DNA of 64,000 nucleotides, from assembly GCA_028875575.1 (NCBI GenBank), contig JAPPDF010000087.1, positions 14,147 to 78,146 on the forward strand, in the 5' to 3' direction. The position numbers were made by a program, and so were the translations under genes. This document shows positions 57,922-64,000 of this stretch, one piece after another (within the stretch, counting starts at the first letter, position 1; each line of letters opens with the position of its first letter). Origin of the DNA: Acidobacteriota bacterium (lineage in GTDB: Bacteria; Acidobacteriota; Terriglobia; Versatilivoradales; Versatilivoraceae). The notes under the pieces are model-generated. The model did no database searches. It saw nothing but the letters and a program-made list of their open reading frames with translations, and was not told the origin of the DNA.

Positions 57922-60282
57922 ATGGTAGGTTTCGGTCATTCATCGAAGATAGAGATCACAGGATCTCGACTCCCGAGTCGGCGTGAGGATTGTTGGGTGA
58001 AGCGGAAGAAAAAGGTTCCCATTCGGCCTTTGGCGGCATTGGTGTGTCTGCTTTCGCCGCTGGCGTTGAGTGCCGCCTGGTCAGGGAAATTGGCGGATGA
58101 GCTCTTCAGTCCGCATCAGCGGAAACACTGGGCTTTTCAGAAAGTTCAGCGTCCGGAATTGCCGGCGGTTCGCCACTCCGACTGGGTTCGAACTCCAATC
58201 GATGCCTTCGTGCTGGCCGGGCTGGAAGCCAAGGGCTTGGATCCGTCCCCGCCGGCCGACCGGGTGACTCTTCTGCGCCGTGCTTATTTCGATCTGATTG
58301 GTTTGCCTCCCATGCCCGAAGACGTCGACGCTTTTCTGGCAGACCAATCCTCCAAGGCTCTTGGGAGAGTTGTCGACCGGCTCCTGGACTCCCCTCATTA
58401 CGGGGAGCGGTGGACCCGCCACTGGCTCGATCTGGCTCGTTACGCCGACAGCGAAGGGTTCAAGTCGGATCAAACCCGTCCCAATGCGTGGCGCTACCGG
58501 GAATATCTGATTCGATCATTCAACGGCGACAAGCCTTATAACCGCTTCGTGCGCGAGCAGATCGCCGGTGACGAGCTATGGTCGAACGATCCCGATGCCG
58601 GTTTGGCCACGGCGTTCAACCGCCTCTATCCCGATGAGCACAATGCCCGCAACCTGGTGCAGAGGAGACAGGAAATACTCCATGACATTACCTCCGTGGT
58701 GGGTGGGGTCTTCCTGGGACTCACCTATGAGTGTGCGCGCTGTCACGACCACAAATTCGATCCACTCCTGCAGGCGGACTACTACCGGCTGCAGGCCTTT
58801 TTTGCCAATGTCCGGGCCAGGGACGATATCGTGCTTGCCTCCCGGGAAACTGCCCATCGGCATCGCCGTCAACTTGCGGCGTGGGAGGAAGAGACCGCCT
58901 CGATTCGCCGGGAAATGGCGGCCCTTGAAGAACCCAAGCGCAAGGAGATTCTCGACGAGTTGATTGCAAGATATCCGGATGCAATCAAGGAGGCGATCTC
59001 AAGCCCCTCCGAGAATCGGACGCCCTTCCAGTGGCTGATGTATTACAAGATGCAGGCCTTTTTGGACCCAGGTTCCTATCTCTATCACGCACCGACCCGG
59101 TCTGTGGTCAACCAACTGAAGGATGAGGAGAAGAAACATTGGAAGGAACTCAAGTCGCGACTCGACAAATTTTCGGATTTGCACCCGGGTGAGTTGCCGA
59201 TCGGTATCGGCATTGCGGACGCGGGCCGCGAGGCGCCCCCGACGTTTATCCTCTCCGGGGGCGCTTACGATGCAAGCGGGGAAGAGGTAGAACCCGGTTT
59301 CCCCACACTCTTCGATCCCGGCCCGGCCAAAATTGTGGCGCCGGAAGGGATGGAGTCCACGGGTCGGCGTACGGCATTAGCCAACTGGATCGCCGATCCG
59401 GACAATCCCTTGACGGCCCGCGTCATGGTGAACCGGATCTGGCACTACCACTTCGGTCGAGGTATCGTCGATACTCCCAGCAATCTGGGACTTTCGGGCG
59501 GATTGCCCAGTCATCCGCAGTTGCTGGACTGGCTGGCCACGGAGTTCATCCGAAACAACTGGAGCATCAAGCACCTGCACCGCCTCATCCTCAACTCGAA
59601 TACCTATCGACAGGCTTCCCTCTATCGTGAGGCTGCAGCCAAAATCGACCCGGAGAACAAACAGTTGTGGCGTTTTCCCCGGCAGCGCCTGGAAGGAGAA
59701 ATCATCCGCGATGCGGCACTGGCAGTTTCCGGGTTGTTGAATCCGGAAATGGGTGGCCCCAGTGTCTTTCCCCCGATTCCCCCGGGCATGAAGGCCAATT
59801 GGGAAACAACCCAAGACTCTGCGGAGCGCAATCGCCGCAGTCTCTATGTGTTCATTCGCCGCAACACGCGCTATCCGATGTTTGAGACCTTCGACCTGCC
59901 GGACACTCACGAAAGTTGTCCGCGCCGGGACATTACGACCAGCCCGCTGCAAGCGCTCACCATGATGAACAGTGAGGTGGTGCTCGAATGGGCTCGAGCT
60001 TTTGCGGGCCGGTTGCTTTTCGCGGCGGGTTTCGACCCTGCTGCCCAAATCGACATGGCTTATCGCCTGGCCTATTCACGGCACCCGACGAGCGAAGAGA
60101 AGGACACGGCCCTGGATTTCCTGCATCGCCATCATGGGGTCATCGCAGGGCATGCCGAAGAGGGGGAAAAGCTGGTGTTGCCCTTGATGCGTCCCTATAA
60201 CGTCGATCCGGCAGACGCGGCGACACTGGTCGATTTTTGTCACATGATCATCAATTCAAACGAGTTTACCTATCGGCACTAG
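57922..60282 (+). CDS. DUF1549 (PSCyt2) / DUF1553 (PSD1) domain protein
   Basis: Conserved blocks WTRHWLDLARYADSEGF and the C-terminal DUF1553 region. An alternative GTG start at 57997 gives a signal peptide. Confidence 0.75.
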   Translation: MVGFGHSSKIEITGSRLPSRREDCWVKRKKKVPIRPLAALVCLLSPLALSAAWSGKLADELFSPHQRKHWAFQKVQRPELPAVRHSDWVRTPIDAFVLAGLEAKGLDPSPPADRVTLLRRAYFDLIGLPPMPEDVDAFLADQSSKALGRVVDRLLDSPHYGERWTRHWLDLARYADSEGFKSDQTRPNAWRYREYLIRSFNGDKPYNRFVREQIAGDELWSNDPDAGLATAFNRLYPDEHNARNLVQRRQEILHDITSVVGGVFLGLTYECARCHDHKFDPLLQADYYRLQAFFANVRARDDIVLASRETAHRHRRQLAAWEEETASIRREMAALEEPKRKEILDELIARYPDAIKEAISSPSENRTPFQWLMYYKMQAFLDPGSYLYHAPTRSVVNQLKDEEKKHWKELKSRLDKFSDLHPGELPIGIGIADAGREAPPTFILSGGAYDASGEEVEPGFPTLFDPGPAKIVAPEGMESTGRRTALANWIADPDNPLTARVMVNRIWHYHFGRGIVDTPSNLGLSGGLPSHPQLLDWLATEFIRNNWSIKHLHRLILNSNTYRQASLYREAAAKIDPENKQLWRFPRQRLEGEIIRDAALAVSGLLNPEMGGPSVFPPIPPGMKANWETTQDSAERNRRSLYVFIRRNTRYPMFETFDLPDTHESCPRRDITTSPLQALTMMNSEVVLEWARAFAGRLLFAAGFDPAAQIDMAYRLAYSRHPTSEEKDTALDFLHRHHGVIAGHAEEGEKLVLPLMRPYNVDPADAATLVDFCHMIINSNEFTYRH

Positions 60283-60420
60283 CAGAAGCGAACACGCCCC
60301 CCAGTGTGGGAGGAGGGCCGCTGCCGGGAGGACATCCGGAAAGAGACCGTCGGGTGCTGGAGGGAGACGGTAATCCTGTTTCTGAGACAGGACACCAGTA
60401 CCCCGTTTCAGGAGCTCAAA

Positions 60421-61863
60421 ATGGTTGAAAAGGAACCTCACATTCTGCCCTTGGCCTCCCGTCGTGATTTTCTGTGCCGGGCGGGCAGCGGTTTCGGTTC
60501 CGTTGCCTTGACTTATCTTCTTGACCAAGACGGCTTCTTTGCCCATGCGGCAGCGGTCCCAGGCAACCGCTTTTCGTCTGCCAGGCAACCACACTACCCG
60601 GGCAAGGCTCGATCGGTCATTTGGCTGTTTATGGAAGGGGGACCGAGCCACGTCGACCTGTTCGATCCCAAGCCGGAGTTGGACCGGCTGGCGGGACAAC
60701 CCATGCCCGAGTCGTTTGCCCGTCCCTTTACAGCCAACAAGGGTGTGGCAAACAACACCTTGATGCCCTCCAAGCGCAGTTGGAAGCAGTACGGGGAAGG
60801 TGGACTCTGGGTTTCCGATTGGTACGCCCGGATGGCCCGGCACGTCGACGATATTGCGGTATTCCGATCCTGCCACCAAGAGGGTATCAACCACGTGGGT
60901 GCGCTCTGTCAAATGAATACGGGTTCGATCCTGGCCGGTCGGCCCTCTTTAGGTGCCTGGACCACCTATGGTCTGGGCAGCGCCAACCAGAACCTCCCGG
61001 CATTTGTCGTGCTCAGGGAGGTCAAACAGGTGGTGGGCGGCCCCAAGAATTGGAGTTCCGGGTTTCTACCGGCTTCCTATCAAGGCACTCTATTCCGCAA
61101 GGAGGGATCACCCATTTTCCACCTGAAGACTCCTGACGGGATCACGGAGGCACAGCAGCGCAGCAAGCTGGACTACCTGAGGGCTCTCAACAGGTTCCAT
61201 GCAGCCGACAAGGCTGAGGACACTGAACTGGAGGCCCGTTTGAATTCCTACGAGTTGGCCTATCGGATGCAATCGGCAGCCCCCGAGGCCATCGATTTGA
61301 ACCGGGAATCCGAGGCAACCAGGAGGCTCTACGGTCTGGACGATGAAAGGACGGCGACCTTTGGCCGAAACTGTCTCCTGGCCCGTCGATTGGTCGAAAG
61401 GGGGGTGCGATTCGTTCAGTGTTACTCGGGCAGCGGTCAGGGTTGGGACGCCCACGAAGACCTGGAAGGCAACCACTCAAAGATGACCAGGTCCACGGAC
61501 AGGCCCATTGCAGGACTGTTGGCTGACCTGAAGGCTCGCGGCCTGCTCGAGGAGACTCTGGTGGTATGGGGAGGCGAGTTCGGACGGACTCCCTTCAACG
61601 AAAAGGGAAACGGTCGAGATCACAACCCGTGGGGATTCACCATCTGGATGGCGGGGGCCGGAATCAAGGGCGGACAGGTGATAGGAAGCACAGACGAAAT
61701 TGGGCTTCGGGCGGCTGAGCGGCCTTGTCATGTCCACGACATTCACGCTACCATCCTGCATGCGCTGGGCCTGAACCATCTCAACTTGACCTATTTGCAC
61801 AACGGCAGGTCGGAGCGAGCCACCATCAACGGCGGAGAAGTGATCGAAGAGGCTTTCGCCTGA
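60421..61863 (+). CDS. DUF1501 family protein (sulfatase-like fold) with Tat-type signal
   Basis: Twin-arginine leader SRRDFLCRAGSGFGSVAL. It is the canonical partner gene of DUF1549/DUF1553 proteins. Confidence 0.8.
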   Translation: MVEKEPHILPLASRRDFLCRAGSGFGSVALTYLLDQDGFFAHAAAVPGNRFSSARQPHYPGKARSVIWLFMEGGPSHVDLFDPKPELDRLAGQPMPESFARPFTANKGVANNTLMPSKRSWKQYGEGGLWVSDWYARMARHVDDIAVFRSCHQEGINHVGALCQMNTGSILAGRPSLGAWTTYGLGSANQNLPAFVVLREVKQVVGGPKNWSSGFLPASYQGTLFRKEGSPIFHLKTPDGITEAQQRSKLDYLRALNRFHAADKAEDTELEARLNSYELAYRMQSAAPEAIDLNRESEATRRLYGLDDERTATFGRNCLLARRLVERGVRFVQCYSGSGQGWDAHEDLEGNHSKMTRSTDRPIAGLLADLKARGLLEETLVVWGGEFGRTPFNEKGNGRDHNPWGFTIWMAGAGIKGGQVIGSTDEIGLRAAERPCHVHDIHATILHALGLNHLNLTYLHNGRSERATINGGEVIEEAFA

Positions 61864-61875
61864 GGGAAGTGCAGG

Positions 61876-62199
61876 TCAGGTCTTTCCGCCCCGGCAGTCT
61901 TCGCAGGGGCAAATCTCCCGCAAATAGGAGTAGGAGTAGATTCCGTCGGCATGCCCGTCATTCCAGTGGAACTGGATGGCGTAATGGCCGACGGGAGTGG
62001 CTCCCGTGGCGGCAATCGGGCCCTTTCCGAGGATCGGAAAGGGATCGGGCTCGGTCTTGACGACGGGGGGAGTGTCGCGGCAGATGGCGCAGGGGCATCG
62101 CCGGCGGAGGAAGGCGTAGGAATAGGTGCAGGCATGTCCGTCGCTCCACCTGACAGCCACGCCGCCAGGAGCCGAGAGTTTGATGGAAACAGGAACCAC
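61876..62199 (-). CDS. DUF971 family protein (gamma-butyrobetaine hydroxylase N-terminal-like Cys-rich domain)
   Basis: Duplicated W.DGH...Y...LR..CPC motifs. It lies adjacent to apbC, as in many genomes. Confidence 0.7.
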   Translation of the reverse strand: MVPVSIKLSAPGGVAVRWSDGHACTYSYAFLRRRCPCAICRDTPPVVKTEPDPFPILGKGPIAATGATPVGHYAIQFHWNDGHADGIYSYSYLREICPCEDCRGGKT

Positions 62200-62201
62200 T
62201 C

Positions 62202-63290
62202 TCAGACCTCGATGGTCGGAGTCTGAACGGCGGCATGGTTGGCGATGCTGACCCGCGCGGCCACGGCAGCGGCGATGGCCTGAAAGGCTTCACGGCCGGA
62301 ACTGCGACCCAGAACCGTGGGTTCGCCGCTGTCGCTGGCAAGCCGGATCTCGCTGCTCAGGGGAATCTCACCCAGGAAAGGAAAGCCCATCTCACGGCTG
62401 GCCTGGCTGGCGCCCCCGTGACCGAAAATATCGTCCCGGCGCCCGCAGTGAGCGCAGGTGTAGAAGCTCATGTTTTCGACCACCCCCAGGATGGGCGTAT
62501 TGAGTTTCTTGAACATGGCGATGGCTTTGGAGGCCACTTTGAGGGCAAGGTCCTGAGGGGTGGAGACGATGACGGCGCCCGTCAGGGGGATGGTCTGACA
62601 CAGACTGAGCTGGATATCCCCGGTTCCGGGCGGCAAGTCGATTACCAGGTAGTCCAGATCCCCCCATTCCACCTCTCCCAAAAACTGGTGAATCATCTTG
62701 TGCAGCATGGGGCCTCTCCAGATCACGGCCTCGTTCTTGGGAAGAAAATAGCCCATGGATATCATCTTGACCTTGTGGACTACCGGCGGGACGATCCGGT
62801 TTCCGACCACCTGAGGTGTATGCGAGGAGCCCATCAGGGTAGGGAGGCTGGGTCCGTAGACATCGGCATCCATCAGTCCCACCCGGGCTCCGCACTCCAT
62901 CAGTGCGGCAGCCAGATTGGCGGCGACGGTGGATTTTCCCACGCCGCCCTTTCCGCTGGCCACCGCGATGGTGTTGCTTACCCCAGGTATCAGGGTTCGG
63001 CTCTGGGAGCCCTGCCGGCGAGTCACCTTGAAGCTCATTTCCACGGAGACCGAGCGGACTCCCTCGAGCGATCCGACCAGGCGTTCGGCTTCCGCCTTGA
63101 TCTGGTCCTTGACCGGGCAGGCAGGATTGGCCAACTCGATGGTGAAGGCGACCCTGGAGCCCTTGACGGTGAGATTCTTCACGAAATTCATTCCGACGAT
63201 GTCTTCCTGCAGGTCGGGGTCCCGGATGCTCTTGAGGGTTTGAAGCACCTGTTGCGGACTGACGCCGCCGTTTTTCTCGAATAAAGCCAT
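62202..63290 (-). CDS. apbC: Mrp/NBP35-family iron-sulfur cluster carrier ATPase ApbC
   Basis: N-terminal DUF59 (MIP18-like) domain plus deviant Walker A ASGKGGVGKSTVAANLA and CxxC (CAHCG). Confidence 0.9.
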   Translation of the reverse strand: MALFEKNGGVSPQQVLQTLKSIRDPDLQEDIVGMNFVKNLTVKGSRVAFTIELANPACPVKDQIKAEAERLVGSLEGVRSVSVEMSFKVTRRQGSQSRTLIPGVSNTIAVASGKGGVGKSTVAANLAAALMECGARVGLMDADVYGPSLPTLMGSSHTPQVVGNRIVPPVVHKVKMISMGYFLPKNEAVIWRGPMLHKMIHQFLGEVEWGDLDYLVIDLPPGTGDIQLSLCQTIPLTGAVIVSTPQDLALKVASKAIAMFKKLNTPILGVVENMSFYTCAHCGRRDDIFGHGGASQASREMGFPFLGEIPLSSEIRLASDSGEPTVLGRSSGREAFQAIAAAVAARVSIANHAAVQTPTIEV

Positions 63291-63502
63291 TTCATCCCTT
63301 TCATCGCCCTGCCGGAGAGGCGGGCCCAGGCAGTCTGGAGCTGCCCCATGCGGTCAACGTCCGATAGTTTAGATGACTTGACCGAAGGGGAAAAGAGTTA
63401 TCCACGAACGGGATCCACGAAGGGACACGAAGGGCCACCAAGGGGTTGGAGAAAACTCAAGTGGGATCTGCCGAAGGTCGGGAAGGCGGAGACTTAAACG
63501 GA

Positions 63503-63685
63503 TTGATGAGTTGAGCTTTTTGCAAAGTTCGCAGCGGGGCAGGTCATCTTGCCCGCAAACCTGAGGTTTTGCCTTTTTTAATACTGGGTGCGATCTGGGG
63601 ATAAATGCTGTCTAACCACAAAAAGCACAAAGGGCACAAGTTGTGTTTTTGTGCCTTTTGTGGCCATTCCCGGCAAACGTCCCTC
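63503..63685. repeat. structured intergenic repeat family C, copy 2
   Basis: Aligns with 54508..54688 (GGTCAGGTCATCTTGCC...CTGTCTAACCACAAAAAGCACAAA...TTTTTGTGCCTTTTGTGGCCATT). Confidence 0.7.
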
Positions 63686-63689
63686 CACT

Positions 63690-63770
63690 CTCCACTCTTC
63701 ACACTTCTCACTTCAAACTTCTCACTTCAAACTTCTCACTTCACACTTCTCACCTCACTCTTCGGAAAAT
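63690..63770. repeat. tandem repeat of ~12-bp unit CTTCTCACTTCA(A/C)A with CTCTCCACT-like units (~6 copies)
   Basis: Direct reading. Related CTCTCCACT arrays occur at 32975..33005 (inverted) and 33106..33140. Confidence 0.75.
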
Positions 63771-64000
63771 ATTCCCTCCAACGCCGGTCGACGGTTCGTT
63801 CAACGTCAGGCGCAGAGGCGACCTCGGGGGGATAGGAGGGCTTCATTCTGGCATCCACCAGGATGGGAGCCTGGTAGCAGAGATGATGGCGCCGCACGGT
63901 GGTCTGAGCCGCATGGACGTCGGCGGCCGGCTCGAAGCGTGTGAAGACCGACCACAGGAAGCGGGAGGAGTCCTGGGATATGGAGGGGTCGTCGGTCAGG
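63736..64000 (-). CDS. partial CDS (C-terminal end of an unidentified protein; continues beyond the window)
   Basis: Open frame on the minus strand from the window edge to a TGA at 63736..63738 (...RFLWSVFTRFEPAADVHAAQTTVRRHH...). The C-terminal codons run into the tandem repeat, so the true stop is uncertain. Confidence 0.35.
   Translation of the reverse strand, partial: LTDDPSISQDSSRFLWSVFTRFEPAADVHAAQTTVRRHHLCYQAPILVDARMKPSYPPEVASAPDVERTVDRRWREYFPKSEVRSVK

Noticed and set aside
63690-63770. Possible CRISPR array from short tandem repeats
   Set aside because: The units are about 12 bp, contiguous and without spacers, and no cas genes are nearby. This is a simple tandem repeat.
63588-63944. 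118-aa ORF and 54545..54727 60-aa ORF sharing the peptide CLTTKSTK..CVFVPFVAI
   Set aside because: The similarity arises from nucleotide conservation of repeat family C (the CACAAAA hairpin); these are not protein-coding.

Overview
This is a high-GC (~63-65%) chromosomal window from a Gram-negative bacterium. The gene content (DUF1549/DUF1553 plus DUF1501 pair, BamD, Slt, TPR-secretin, PASTA protein) suggests Acidobacteria or a PVC-like lineage, but that is inference only.

Most of the window is housekeeping: pntAA-pntAB-pntB, apaH, msrB, an ACE-like M2 peptidase, sseA-sufE, surE, thiG, a tesA / ybbA / ybbP-like lipid module with an acyl-CoA ligase, slt, rpe, bamD, valS, nadC, birA, coaX, rlmD and apbC.

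The standout feature is an ~11.2 kb integrated element (9939..21101). It sits in the 3' end of a tRNA-Ala(CGC) gene and is bounded by a 23-bp direct repeat of the tRNA 3' end. It encodes a P4-type integrase, an AlpA regulator, an AAA-type replication ATPase followed by an iteron-rich putative ori, and a complete HK97-type head and packaging module (candidate TerS, TerL, HNH endonuclease, major capsid protein, prohead protease, head-tail connector, portal). It has no tail or lysis genes. It also carries a lower-GC, membrane-anchored pentapeptide-repeat protein at its attR end. This architecture matches a capsid-forming phage-inducible chromosomal island (cf-PICI-like phage satellite).

A MazEF toxin-antitoxin pair lies just outside attR, followed by a ~2.2 kb low-coding stretch with gene fragments.

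The window also contains at least three families of structured intergenic repeats:
- A TTAA-flanked MITE with 20-bp terminal inverted repeats. At one locus both convergent flanking genes take their stop codons from the duplicated TTAA.
- A GCACAGGAT-repeat element, present twice in inverted orientation.
- A long-hairpin CACAAAA element associated with CTCTCCACT tandem repeats.

I found no rRNA genes or CRISPR arrays.
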